From Lytechinus pictus (lineage: Eukaryota), in NCBI RefSeq assembly GCF_037042905.1, contig NC_087252.1, forward strand, positions 16,928,001 through 16,992,000: DNA of 64,000 nucleotides. Reading direction: 5' to 3'. The notes beneath the pieces were generated by a model. It worked only from the letters and a program-made list of their open reading frames with translations. It did no database searches and had not been told where the DNA came from. The first letter of the stretch is position 1, and each line of letters opens with the position of its first letter. Positions 1-13,967 of this stretch are shown here, piece by piece. The position numbers were made by a program, and so were the translations under genes.

Positions 1-743
1 GATGTTTAAAATACTGAAAAAAGGGATACATTTCCGATAACTGTAGGGTTTCACAGGCCAAATACTTGTTAAGGGATGCATTTTCATAATCTGGAAAAGA
101 CTTGCTTCCCGTGTTTAGAATGCTTTTCGAAACCCCATGGTCGCGCCTGGTATCCACTCGTCAATGAAAATGGTTCCCCTGAAAATTTGAATCTAATCAC
201 CCATTTCGGGGGAACGTAAAACATAATGCCCATTACATTGTGTGCTAGATGTACATCGTTTGTGTAGGAGGAGCAGGAAAAAGAAAAAAAACCCGCAAAT
301 TCGGATGGTGTTCAGACACGGATATGCATATTGCATATGCTGTGTACATATTAACGCATGCGAAATGGTTTCGGCTGGAGAGGTGATCTGACCCATGAAA
401 TAAATTGCCATTGATCCACTTATAATCCACATTAGATGCAATATCGATTCGATAGACTATTATGATCTATATCTAAGCTTTAATTCAGTAAGTTTTTCCT
501 CACTCAATAAGTACTCGATTTCTTTGAAAAACCACTTTTTTATCCATGTCATAATGTATTGTAGGCCCAGCATTTCGAATATCTCCAGCAAGCTGTCATA
601 TGTAGAGGCTCACCACCGGCTCAGGGGTGGGGGGTCATACGCTGATGACCAGTCGTACATGCATGGAAGCGGGATTTAATCTCGCAGCATGGTGCGGGTG
701 TCGCGCGAAAGAATTTTGCGCACGATCGAAAAGCAGATCTATA

Positions 744-874
744 GGGCCAGTAACACAAAGCTTAGCAATGATTGTAGAGTAGTTTTCCACGTTTGATTCT
801 ATTGACTATAATGTACAATCAATCTTAAAAATCGAGTCTATGATTAATCCGTTAACTTTTGTGTTACTTGACCC
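744..874. mobile_element. Small Harbinger-like MITE
   Basis: Imperfect TIR GGGCCAGTAACACAAAG / TTTTGTGTTACTTGACCC. Confidence 0.6.
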
Positions 875-3844
875 TAATGTCGCGGTCCAGAAGCATTAGC
901 GGCGGAAGCCAAAAAATTAGGGGGGTCCACCAGAAATTTTGTGATGGACACAGGTTCAAAAATTTGACAAGCAAAAAAAAAAAAAAAAAAAAAAAAGGTT
1001 ATCAACCAAAATATTAGGGGGTGACCAGAAACATTTTAGGGAGGTCCACCTGAATTTAGGGGGGGGGGATGCAGGAAACCAAAAATTATCAACAAAAAAT
1101 AGAGGGGGGCCGTCCCACCACCTCAAATTTAGGGGGGACCTGTCCCACCGCCCCCCCCCCCCCCCCGCTTTGCGAAAACTCGCAATTATCGGTTGTAACA
1201 GGGCCTTTTGTTAGCGCAGTGTTAGAGCAATGTTACGCTAGCAGCGTTTCTGTGCGGCCGATACGGGTGACTAAAATAGTACACCAATGAGCACTCTAGA
1301 AGGTATTTGTTGCATTTCTACTTTGAATGCACTAGTTTCAGGATCATACCTGGGTTTTTGCTTACCTAAAGATTTGGTCACCAATCACCCCAAATCACAT
1401 AAACAACCTCACATACCCAAAGCATCCTTTTTTAATGTGAAGAGAGCTATGATGTAGTCAAATTACACATAAGTAATTGCACTGCACAATGATCATTCCG
1501 GTTTAATGTTGTTTATTAAAACTATATCATTTCGCTCCAAATGCGATTCATTTCCATGGAAATTTCAACAATGAATATAACATAAGTTCACATATAAATG
1601 ATATTGACTTTTAAAAGATATAAAAAAAAATAAGTATGATTTTATCAATTTAGAATTTCAGTTTTGGAATAAAAAAAAAATTATCAGTAATGGATGGGAG
1701 TAATAATAATTTGTCCGGACAATATTAAGGGTTTATTAAATTAAAGGACTTCCCTAATTAATCATGGATGCAGTCCATATGATGTCGATGAAAAAATGAC
1801 ACGTTGACTGGAATAGCGGTTATCCGATGACCTTGACGACCGATGACGTAGAATGACGTGTGTCGAGGGTTATCGGAGATCCACGAAGTCTTTCGAAGAA
1901 TGGCGTCATCTTAGTCTAGGCGCTTTCGACGTGTCGCATGACGTCGAGAAGAAACTAAGCAGAACTTGGGTTGAATACTCAGGATATGACATCTTGGTTC
2001 AGGGCTGACGAAAACTGAAGGCTTTTGAGGATGTAGCCCCAGAATAAAATGGCTGTCCATGATTACTTTTATAAATCATTTGATCAATACAGGTCTTTAT
2101 TATTATTTAATAAGCATCAACATAATATCTAGATAGTATTAATTCATCAGCATAAATGTATCAATCCTAAAAAATTGTACATGAATTCACTCCTGAAAAA
2201 TACTGAAATACAACCAATCCATCACTGCAATATAATAGTGATCATTATTTGAAGCCGGAAATTGTTAAAAACTCACAGCGTAAAATTATGCCTATCAAAG
2301 TTACCGAAAACAGGCTTCTGATTGATATAATTATTACAACAAAATCTGGATTAGAAATTCAGACCAAAATTACCTCTTAGATTGATGAATCTAATATTTT
2401 TCTTTTTTAAGCTGAAATATACTGATGAAATAAAAAATAGACTCACCACCATTGTGGGTAGGAAAACTCCAAAAGTAATTAAAACTGAGGGTCATATCTT
2501 CCTTGCTCTTCAGAACACAATCTCTCTCAAAGAGTAACAAAATGAAAGTGATCCTACTCTCTGTGCACAGCAATTAGGGGCACTGTACAATCAATACACC
2601 TCGGGCGGGTATCGGAACGCTAATTGTTTATTCCACCTGTTACTAGAACCTGGAACCTACAACAAAAGAACCTGCAAGAGCTGAATACATTATAGCCCTT
2701 CCTATTTAAAGTAATTAATACATAAGCTTTTATTACACAACTCAATCGATAATACTGCCGTCACAAGGCAAAAATGAGTAATATATCATTGACCACAACT
2801 GTCAAGATTACACAATTAATCAAGTTTTCCTGTTAACATTTTCTATGTTAAAAAAACAAATTTTAGAATTTGGATTGAGTGAAATAAATAAAAAATTGCT
2901 TGTGACAGCTAACAAAATGTTATAACAATGTACTTGGCCAACAGTGAAATACCAGTCGCTAGTGGATGTATTCTTGTTTTTTGTGGATATAATAAAAAAC
3001 ACAATTCAAAATAATATATGAATAATCAAGACATCAAAGTTGGTGATTAATCTCATTAAATATTAAAACCGCCATGGCACTTTAAACCAATTACCTGATC
3101 ATGCGCAGGATGTTCTGATAATGCGCAGAACGGAGCTACGAACTGGCTCATTTGACGACGAATTTGTGAATTCATGCAAGGTTGCCCCAGCGAACTTAAA
3201 GGGCAGCAGCGCCGGGAGCTGTCGTGTTGACGCCTTCGATGTCAGTTGGTTGGCCCTTACAATATGTCCACCCCAAAATCATGCCCGTAGGCGCAAAGGA
3301 TAATCTTTTGTGCCTTGGGTGGGTAGGGGAAGGGGAAAACATTTATAGGTTACACTTCATCGTTAATCCGAAAAGCAAAAAAGGTTCGTTAAAAAGATTA
3401 TCATCTGTGTGATGTCGTTATGTATTCACGGGCGTAAATCCCGGGGGGGGGGATATATCCCCCACTTTTCTAGGAGGGGGGGTGGCCTGTACAAACATCC
3501 CCCATTTTTTACGAAAGAAATGAAAAAAAATCACAGGAGATAATTGTTTTATTGGTGAAAATTCTTCCCAGAATACCGCTTAACAAAATAAATAAAACAA
3601 TATTATTGAATCATAGAATGCAAATAAACAGCCAGTTCACCATTTCCAAAACGAAATACTTATGTCCTTATTATAACATAGAAGAGAAACCCCCGTTCCT
3701 TCCAATTCATCAATGTTGGGGTCTTTGGAAAGGGATTAAGATGGAATGTCAAAAAAATTTGAATGTAATCTCTAATAAAACCATTAAACCATCATGGGGT
3801 AAAAAAGATAATAATATTGGAGGGGTATTTGCCATATGGACATA

Positions 3845-5034
3845 CAGTGGCGTAACTACGGGGGGGGGTCATGGGGGGCACATGCCCACCCCCCCCCCCC
3901 CCCCCCATCGGCTGACCAAAAAAAACGGGGAAAAGGGGAAAGGAGAAAAGAGGGAGAAAGGAAGAAAAACGTAGTGGGAAAGAAGAACATATTATTCATT
4001 ATAATGTTATATTATGTTACAATTATGTTATATAACATTACATAAGAACCATTTTTTTCATAACTTTATAAAACATAATTTGCCCAGGGCCTACGTCTTC
4101 ATTGTTCCTGGTGCTCGTATTGTCTGTTTAACGAGATATATAATCCTGTTTCTACTAAAACATCCCGTTTTCAAGTCAATATAAACCAAAAATATTTCCT
4201 AACACTTGAGTTATCATTGTTTTATGTAGTGACATATGCGTCTTTTACATGACTCAAAAAGTGATTGCCCCATGTTAAGGTCTTTGTATATATGAAACAT
4301 TTCCTGTCCGTTATTACGTTCGTATTAGTGGATTGGTGAGATATGTCTGCTCTTCATGAATTCCTAAAAATCAGTCCTTAAAATGTCCCTTCTTCTGATC
4401 TGAATATCAAAAATTTTCTACTCGCGCTTCGCGCTCGCATCATTTGGTTAATGAAATACGTATGGTCCTAGTTAATTCCTACAAAGAAACCTTAGAATGC
4501 CCCACTTCAGGTCTGAATTATCTAAATTTTCAGCTCGCGCTTCGCGCTCGCAATATTTGATTAGTGAGATGCGTATGGTAATCACGATTGCAATGACTAC
4601 AAATAGTGTTTCATGTGTTCAGATGTAATTCTAAAAAATTAGCAAGCGCTTGGCACTCGCATTAGATGACTATGATGAGATATGCATATTCTTAATGGAT
4701 TCCTAAAACATATTCCTTAAAATATCGCTGTTTGGGGTCAAAATATACGAAAATTTCAGCTCGCGCTCGCATTGTTTAGCGAGACAGGTACCTATCATGA
4801 TTACACAAATTTGATTATAATGTCCCATTTTAGGGGTGAATATAAAAAAATTCAGCTTGCGCTTCACGCTCGCATTATTTGATCAGTGAGATACATATCT
4901 GTTTAATGACACTGTCCTTAAAATGTCTCTATTGGGTCAGTATAACTGGCAACTGAGCGCGCTTCGCGCTTCACTCAGTGATTAATTTTTTTTGCTGGTG
5001 CCCCCACAATGCCGTGACCCACGAAACGCCACTG
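3845..5034. mobile_element. Non-autonomous hAT-like element
   Basis: TIR CAGTGGCGT; 8-bp TSD TGGACATA/CGGACATA. The same internal motif family as 12584-13967 is present in the opposite orientation. Confidence 0.82.
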
Positions 5035-5429
5035 CGGACATATCAATTACAATTCCTTGCATATCTATAAACATGATTGCAAAAAAAATACCAAAAAATT
5101 CAGTCATCCCCCCACCCATCAACACGGATTTACGCCAGTTTGTGTATTTGTAGTAATTAAGTTGAGCAAAGCCTTTCTGTAGTGGTTTATGATTATTATT
5201 ATATAAATTCAAATCTGAAGTTCTAATGGGGTGTTGCAAGAAACTTGTGATCAGTTGAAAGTCTATTTTCATTCCCGAAATCAAGCATACGCTGTGCAAT
5301 TAATTGCAAATTTGCGATTGATTGCTAATCTGTACAATGAAACAGGGAGTGTAATGTGATTTGCTCAAGTTAAAATTAATCAATTAACTGTAAAATTGCA
5401 ACAGAATATTAGCTAAGACTCGCTTTTTT

Positions 5430-6589
5430 GGTCACTTGAAAAAATCAATTTGTAAATTAAAAAATAATGAAAGCTCGATATCCGAGATGAAATATGTTTT
5501 GTATATTGACTTCGAAACTTGATATTTTAAGCTCCATATCAGCCTATATTGAGCAAGATATTAATCTCATCGAAAAAGCAATGCGAGCGCGAAGCGCGAG
5601 CGGAAAATGCTTGATATTCCGGTATGAAAATGGTGAATTTGAGCACTATCTAAAGCATTGTGTATTGAAATTGTGAAGTGGATGTGGAAAGCACTTAATA
5701 AATGATGCGAGTGTGAAGCGCGAGCTGATATCTTCATAATTATTTTGACCTAGGACCTGGACATTCTAGGTCTATAAGGACATTTTGTCATCATATGAAA
5801 ATGATGACAACTTTCTTATTCCTCTTCCTGAGCGTGATATGAAACATATGAAACTGTGATATTGTCGATATTCTTTTCTGAAAAGGGACAATTTAGTCAT
5901 TAAGAATTCATGAAAATTTTATTATCATATTTATTAATGTAATAAGCCTAAATGAGTGAGTTAAATGTGTTGACACTGAGGCCTGAAAACTCAGATATTT
6001 TAAGTACTTATGTAATCATAAATAGGATTTGCGAGTTGATATATTTTTAACAAAAATGCGAGCGCAAAACGTGAGACGAAATTTTTGGTAAACTGTCATA
6101 AAAGGGGGGGTTTAATTAGTTTGTTATATAATTTGGCAAATCAAAAAATGCGAGCGCATAGCGCAAGCTGCAAGTTATATTCACACCATAAAACGGACAT
6201 TAAACAGAGCACTTAAAAATCAGTTTGTAAATCAAACAAAGTTATGAATAATGTCCGAGCTGAAATATGCTTTGTTATATCGACTTCAAAACTTGACATT
6301 TTAAGCTACATATCAGCCTATTTAGCAAGATGTGTATCTCATCGAACAATATATGCGAGCCCGAAGCGCGAGCGTAAAAAATTATATAGTGACATGAAAT
6401 ATATTTTTTTATCATTTTCCAAGTCATCCCCTGACCTTTTGTTTTTACCCGTCTCCCTCTTATTTCAACTCTTATTTTTCCTCTTTTCTTTCCCCTTCTT
6501 TTTCTTTTTTTCTTTCTTTCCCCCTTTTTTCATTTTTTGCTCTGCCGATAGGGGGGGGCGGGCCTCTCGCCCCCCTGGATCCGCCTATG
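5430..6589. mobile_element. Fragment of the same hAT-like family
   Basis: Similar to 12820-13700 (e.g. AATAATGAAAGCTCGAT, GCGAAGCGCGAG). Ends in CTGGATCCGCCTATG. Left end not found. Confidence 0.6.
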
Positions 6590-6713
6590 GATGGAGCTCA
6601 ATTTTACAGCTTTACGGCGTACGTTTGATTCCAAGATACTCGAGAATGCCTTGAGTACTTCTTACGTCAAACGTACGGCCGACGTATATGACTCTGTGCA
6701 CTCCCTTTGTCTA

Positions 6714-7066
6714 GGGGGTAGTTGTCCGGGGGTAGTTGTCCGGGGGGTAGTTGTCCGGGGGTAGTTGTCCGGGGGGTATTTGTCCGGGGGTAGTTGTCCG
6801 GGGGGTTATTGTCCGGGGGGTAGTTGTCCGGGGGGTAGTTGTCCGGGGGGTAGTTGTCCGGGGGGTAATTGTCCGGGGGTAGTTGTCCGGGGGGTAGTTG
6901 TCCGGGGGGTAATTGTCCGGGGGTAATTGTCCTCGGGGGTAGTTGTCCTCAGGGGGTAGTTGTCCGGGAGGTAATTGTCCGGGGGGTAATTGTCCTCGGG
7001 GGGGTAATTGTCCGGGGGGTAGTTGTCCGGGGGGTGATTGTCCAGGGGGTAGTTGTCCTGATACCG
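6714..7066. repeat. G-rich 15-bp minisatellite (GGGGGGTAGTTGTCC)n, ~23 units; probable one arm of a foldback-type element
   Basis: Direct reading of the tandem units; the array ends in a non-repetitive cap, TTGTCCTGATACCG. Confidence 0.9.
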
Positions 7067-7175
7067 TTAAATATAACACGCAATGCATTCTTTGTAGCTA
7101 GATACGATGAGTGCGTATTTCCCCAGGCAAGTGTCCCGTAATTTAGATAGGGTAAAATTAATGTTGAGTTGTTGG
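7067..7175 (-). mobile_element. CR1/L2 LINE ORF2 fragment
   Basis: Translates to STLILPYLNYGTLAWG…KNALRVI, typical of the region after the RT domain in CR1/L2 elements. Confidence 0.6.
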
Positions 7176-8329
7176 CATTTTTAGGGAGGAATTTGAAAGA
7201 AAACAAATTTTAATGGAATGATGATAATAATATTGCGTGATATTGTACGACATATCGAATTAATATGCTTTTCAGGGTGATTTGCTGTCTATTGTAAGAC
7301 CTAAGTATTTTGTTGTAGCAACAACGTCAAAATCTTTATTGTCCACTTTTGACATTTAATGGTAATTGTTCTAAAGATAGCTTCACAACATGCACTTCAT
7401 TGTGTACATTAATCGACAATTTTTTTTGCCCAACGGCAGTTCAGTGTTCAATACATTGATCAAAATAGCGGGACTAGGATGAGAATAAAATACATTTAAA
7501 TTCGTCTAGAAAAAGGATACAAGAAAATATTTGAGGAGTTATGGATGTCATACATATGGATTAAAAATAAAAGTGGACCCAGTAGGCTACCTTGGAGAAC
7601 ACTCTAATTAACATTTTGTAGAGAAGAATTTTGTTCATGTATGCTTTATTATTTTCGATTTGGGAGGTAGTCTGCCAACCACTCCAAGGCCACCCACGAA
7701 CTTCGTAATTTTCAAGTTCATCTACGGTAGAAGTATGCTACGGCTTATAAATGTAGTGTCGAAGGCCTTGGCGAGGCCCAGAAAAACACAAATCGTTTGT
7801 TCAAAGTTATCAATAGCTTTTGTGATTTTCTCCATGAATAAGAGAGTAGTATGCGATTTACTATAGTTTGGCGAAATCCAAATAAAAAGTCTTAAATTAT
7901 ACTTTATTCGTTGATTAAAGATAATAATATTGTATAGATCACGCTTTTCATAACTTTAGATAAAGTAGGCATTAAAGATATTGGTCTACAGTTACATACA
8001 TTAATCATTTGGCCTTTTTCTGTGCACTGGTATTATCTTAGATATTTTCATACTGTCATATTGTCAAGCAGGACGCCATTACTTCAAGAAAATTTAAATT
8101 TGTATACTAATGGATCACCAATGTATTCCTAAACATTCTTTATTAAGCGCTCAATAAGAACTAATTATTTTTATTATTTATTATTATTATTAAAATATCC
8201 TCAATACCATCGTGATCACAGCTCTTTTTAGTTTTAAGTTGTTCACTATATATAACATTTTGTTCCTGTGTACTGGTAATACAAAAAGAAAATTGGGTTG
8301 GATATGAATGAGACCAGTATCTTTTTTAC

Positions 8330-8950
8330 CCCAAACGAGTGCCACACAAGCCCTGCGTAATATTGAGAGATGCATAATGATTGACAATTGGTTGAAGTCA
8401 AACTCGTTACTTTTGAAGCATAGTAAATGTGAGTTCTTAGTTTTTGAATCAAAATTTCAACTTAACCAAATCAACACTGATTCCATAAGGTTATCAATTG
8501 CGCAGTATCGGCTTCATAAGAAATATCTCACTTGCTCAACAACAGAGAAACTGGTACATTCACTCATTCTTCACGATTCGATTTTGGTAATAGCCTCCTT
8601 TACAACATTTCAGATTCTTAACTTGGGAAATTGCAGAGGATGCAAAAACTCTTCACTGGTTGCCGCTGAAGGAACTTGGAGTCTTTAAAATCCTTCTCAT
8701 GGTTTGTCATACAGTCTAATGGAACTTCCCCCAGTTTCAATAAGTCTTTAATGAATAATTACCAACCCTCAAGAACCTTACGATCCTCATCATCTAATCT
8801 CTTACAAAGTCCAGTTGCTAATAAATCATGCGGGGAACGGGCCTTTGCTCAGCAGGGCCTAACTTGTGGAATTATCTTCCACAGAGTTTGAAAACCCAGA
8901 CTTCAGTGACCACCTCCAAGGGCAACCTGAAAACATACCTGTTTATTAAA
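8330..8950 (+). mobile_element. Decayed L2-like LINE 3' fragment
   Basis: Frameshifted peptides IDNWLKSNSLLLKHSKCEFLVF, YLT..TTEKLVHSLI and YQPSRTLRSS…GERAF, followed by a WN.LP…LKTYLF-like end. Confidence 0.8.
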
Positions 8951-11435
8951 GAGTGCTTTTTGATAGACATTGACTGATTATTTAGACATGTATTATATAG
9001 CTTTTGTTACACTCACAATTCACACAAGCACAAGAAACTAAGGTGTGCCATTGGTTGTGGTTTTAATCTCATACATATTACATAATGTGAATAGGCTTAA
9101 TAATCTTGACGATTACAACATGAATAACTTGGTTTGAATAATTTGAATACATAATATTACGATTCTTAAATCTGTAGATCTCCATCCTAAGTTCAATGTT
9201 ATAACTTCATAAAATGGGTATACCACTTAAAAAGAGGACGGCTTCAGCATAACTACTTGGAAGGACCCGGGTATATTTTATCCGATAATTCAATCACAAT
9301 TTACTAAGGCGTCCGCCCCGCGTCCGCACATATATATCCCTACCCGGGGTGCATAATGACGCAAACAATAATATTCTCTCTCTGCATAGGGTGCCCACCT
9401 CTACAGACGAGGAAACATTCAAAGGGCACAAACACTGCCCGAACAAAATCCCTCTCCACATGATAGGGTGTCAACCTATATGGACGAGGAAACAAGGGCA
9501 CAACATGAAATAAATGGGGCATAATTAAGACGCAATGGCCAATACATCCGATCTCAAATAATTGAAAACAATACACCTTCCTGCTGAGGTATGGTGAAGC
9601 CGGCCAAAGTTACGTAAGATAGGCACAGGGGCTCAAAAATTGTACAATTTACCGCCACACGGGCAATGCCCGCCGCCACTGTGCTTATCGCTTTGTCGCT
9701 CACATATTATTGTCTGCGAATCCCGTGAAGCTCGTTTTTTCCCATGCCAGATGAAATGGGCTTCAGTATGTTTTTACCATATACACACAGAATGAAAGAA
9801 AGGAATAAACCTTTCGTGTATTCGTGTAATGAAGACGAATACCCGGTTGAGACGCAGTAAGACCAGCCTAAGGATCTACCAACTAACATCTTAGCTGCAT
9901 ACAAACAACATTCTCTATGTGTGCGAGAGAAAATTCGCATAACTGAATAAACAGATCCAACAAAATATCATGATGAAAGTGGGAAGAATTCATAGTTTCT
10001 TCACTAGCATTGAGAGAAAGAAAAAAAAAATAATAAATAAATATATTTAATCTATATGTATAATAAGTGATAAAAATATATAACAATAAAAAAACGACAC
10101 ATGTAGCATTAAGAAAAGCAACTAACCAGAATAACTACACCTAAACGTTGACTATAAATAACGTCCATAAGGACATTACGTACATGTACGTAGGCTAATT
10201 GGCTTAACCATGCAGGCGTATCGTATGCTTAATTACGCCAATTTCAACTCTTTAAACTCTACATTGCAAAACATAAGGAATTAGAAGTACCGGTTTTGTT
10301 TTGTTTTGTTTTTGTTTTTTCATTTTCATTCTACGGTTTGTAAACAAAACTATAGCTCAATATTCAACCCTTGGCATCGATATTAGAAACAAAACTAATC
10401 AATAATAAACGTAAATATTACGAATGATAAAAATAATAAAAGCCAAGAGCCTACCGGATGTCCCGGAAACGATACGCTTAGCTTTCCAACCCAATTTGGG
10501 GGAAAGGCTAGCAATTAATATTCAGCTTTAATAACTGCCACTGTGTCGTTCCGACGTGTCCAATAATAATCCGGACCTTTCGTTGGAGAACGCGAACGAT
10601 AATTTACGACGTAAGTTGATTTTGGAAAAGACTTTTGGGCCCGTCGTCGTGGTCGTAAAACTCTGACCTTTCCTGAGGTGTGCGAGAGGTGGCAAATATC
10701 CGTCTAAGAGGGCGTCAGTAGCTGAAAGATCTACCCAAACCATGGATTTAGTTCTCTCAGTTATACGTCGTTGCATAGAAGCATAACAAAGTGTAGTTGT
10801 TGAACCTTCTGAGCTGCAGCATGATATCGAACCACCATTTCCAATCGATGAGGGCCTTTTGCCATTTAAGGGACAGCCCCTTATATCGATAGTATCGCCA
10901 ATGTATATGTTAGAGCTTAGGAAGGGCCGATGATCCGTCACATACGCCGTGGGTGTTTCTTAATATCAATCTTCTTGCATTGCTGCACCTCGTTCGCCCT
11001 CCGGTCATTGGAATAGGCTGTTTTCGCCATCGACAAACCGCCCCATTACTGGCAAGGAGGTGGCAAACCTTCAACTCGTGGACCATTCCGCTGAACCGGG
11101 CAACCCCCTCAGCCTGCATAATGTGCTCTTCTCCGCTTGCCGGGTATGTTTCATTGAATCCCGGTGAATCAGACCGTAGAGGCTGCAAAAATAAAAAGAA
11201 GCTTTTGGCAGAATCTTGCATCCATTACAGGAACCCGTAAATCCTAATCACCACAGAAATATCGCAATGCATAAAATTTGAGCAATGAGTATCTGCCTCC
11301 GATTAAAAAAGACTTAATGTACGAGTTATGTTTTCCCAATAGCCTGAAATAATAATCCTGTAAATATTCATACTAGCCTATTCGGAATATGAAATCATCC
11401 AGAAGAAGTAATAATCAAAATATTCCCGTATTAGC

Positions 11436-12250
11436 AAAACAAACGTGCCCGTAGGGACCTCTTGAGCTACGTACTGTCAACTCACCAAAATGAATGAAAA
11501 CAATTTACAGCCATTTCACTACTTTCCACTTTTCAATAGAGGACGCTATTATTAAGCTAATTTTCACCGATGCGTAAGAAAAACATTAGAATTTGGGGAA
11601 TGATACCATAAGCAAACCCTGAAAATATGAGACCAAATTGAATGAAAAAGAGGAAGTATGGCAAGTTTGCATTTTGCAACTTTTCATAAGAGGGAGCTAT
11701 TCATTAAGGTGATGGTCACTGATGCGAAAAACCCGTTTGGATTGTGAGGGATGATACCCTAGGCAAACCCTGAAAATATGAGACCAAAATAATTAAAAAC
11801 AAGTTATGGCCATTTTACTAATTTCAACTTTTCAATAGAGGGCACTCTTTCTAAAGATAATGGTCACTGATGCGTAACAAACCGGTGAATTATGAAGGAT
11901 GTAGTCATAATTAGTAAGCTCTGAAAATATGAGACCAAAATGGATGAAAACGAGGAAGTTATGGCAAGTTCACATTTGCCCTTTTTCAATAGAGGGTGCT
12001 ATTTAGTAAGGCATTAGTCACTGATGCGTAAAAACCGTTCGATTTATGATGGATGATACCATAGGCAAACTCTGCAAATATGAGACCGAAATAATTGAAA
12101 ACAAGGAAGTTATGGCCACTTTTTTTTTTTTAACTCTTAAATCAAGGGTGCTAGATCTTAACTTAATGATCACTAATGCGTGCTAGAATGTTGAGGGATG
12201 GCATGATTAGTAAACCCTGAAAATATAAGACGAAAATGCAAACAAACTTA
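11436..12250. repeat. ~151-bp tandem array (5+ units), possibly the core of a Helentron-associated non-autonomous (HINE-like) element
   Basis: CTGAAAATATGAGACCAAA recurs at ~11619, 11770, 11921, 12073 and 12217. The array continues at 20370 after the Harbinger insertion. CTCACCAAAAT (~11481) has an inverted partner ATTTGGGTGA at ~20454. Confidence 0.7.
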
Positions 12251-12583
12251 GGGAATGCATCCACATTGTATTGGCAGCGTGCACCCGGCGAGCGTACGCC
12301 TGCACACTCTAAGACGGGATAATAGCGTCGGCCAGCGGCAGCTAGCTGCGATAATTAAAGCACAATAGAACTCACATCCGCTCTCGCAGCTCCCCCTGTG
12401 CCTGCTGCCGCTCGCTGCCATACTTTATAATCCATTGGATTAGAGATTTAATCCCCAGCTCGCTGTATCTAGCGGCAGCTCGCTGCCGCTAGCTGCGCTG
12501 TAGATATCTCAAGCGCTGCCGCTGCTCCCCATTTCTATCAAAATTCGCAAAGGCAATCTCACGTACCCCGCGCCAGCCACGAC

Positions 12584-13967
12584 CAGTGGCGTAGCTATAG
12601 GATTTTTTTCCCGGGGGGGCACTGGGGGGTCCTTGCTTTTTCAGGGGGGGCACCGGCCATTTTTCCGGTGTGTGTGTATGTGTCCACAAGGGTGGATCCG
12701 ACTTTCGCCAATAGGGGACGGGGCCCGAAATTATCTTCACCTATATCAGTCACTTCTTAGTTTTATTCTTATAAAACAACATAAACATAAAATAATCTCA
12801 TAAGCCTTACAAAAAAAAAGTGCGAGCGTGAAGCGCGAGCGATTTTTTTTTTTTTACTTTAATGTATTTTTTCCTGAAAATCTAATTTTCTGGGCAATGT
12901 TATGTGTGATCCTGAACAAGATTCGTATGTAACTAGATGGTTACTGCGAACGCCAAGCGCGAACTGAAATTTTTATCAACTGTTCTAGCATTATCGAAAA
13001 GGGACCTGTTAAGGACTGCTTACAGTTACCCACGAAGACGGTATATATTTCAATAATGCGAGCGCGAAGCGCGAGCAAATTTTTTGACATTCCGACCTAA
13101 AAAAATGGTAATTCTAAGCACTTTTTGTATTAATAAATGGGATAGGTATGTAACTAAACAATTGATGCAAGCGCGAAACGCGAGAGGAAGAAAATTGAGA
13201 TTTTAGACCTAAAAGCGGGACACTCTATTCATATTTTGTAAGTCATAAATAGGATATATAGTCAATTGGGTATCATTAATAATGCGATCGTGAAGCGTGA
13301 GCAGACAATTATTGATATTATGATGTGAAACTGGATAATTTAAGTACATTTTAAATAAAGAACATGCAGGCTATCGCACATGTTTTAGATTTAGACCTAG
13401 AATCTGGGCATTCTGAATACATTTGTTTAATGGAACATTATGGAATACACGTAGACAATATGAACTTGGCAAATCAAACAATGTGACCACGCAGCGTGAG
13501 CTTAAAATGATGATATGTAGACCATAAAACGGACATTTTACAGAGCAAAAAAATAATGAAAGCTCGATGTCCGAGCTAAAATATGTTTTGCATTTTGACT
13601 TCAAAACTTGCTCCATATCAGCCTATTGAGCAAGATATGAATCCCATCGAACAGGCAATTCTGGCGCGAAGCGCCGGCAAAAATTTTATATAGTAACATG
13701 AAAAGATGTTTTTTTTTAAATTGCAAGTCTTCCCCTTACATTATTTCATTCACTCGTCTTCCTCCTCTTATTTTCCTCTTCTTTTTACTTCTGTCTTTCT
13801 TCTTCTTTTCCTTTTTTCTTTTCTTCCTTTCCTTTTTTCTTTCTTCTTTCTCCTTTTTTTTTTTTGCTCTGCCAATTTTTTCGGGGGGGGGGGGGCACCT
13901 GGGGGGGCACACCAAATCTCAGGGGGGGCACGTGCCCCCCCAGGCCCCCCCCGTAGCTACGCCACTG
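12584..13967. mobile_element. Non-autonomous hAT-like element
   Basis: 14-bp TIR CAGTGGCGTAGCTA and a perfect 8-bp TSD GCCACGAC. Internal dispersed GCGAGCGCGAAGCGCGAGC motifs. Confidence 0.88.

Noticed and set aside
1770..3300. Possible minus-strand spliced gene (donor-like sites at ~2446 and ~3095; TGACG-rich patch at 1800-1950)
   Set aside because: I could not assemble a coherent reading frame; the evidence is too weak to call.
6711..7141. Proline-rich (GQLPP)n and related ORFs
   Set aside because: Translations of the 15-bp minisatellite, with frameshifting unit lengths.
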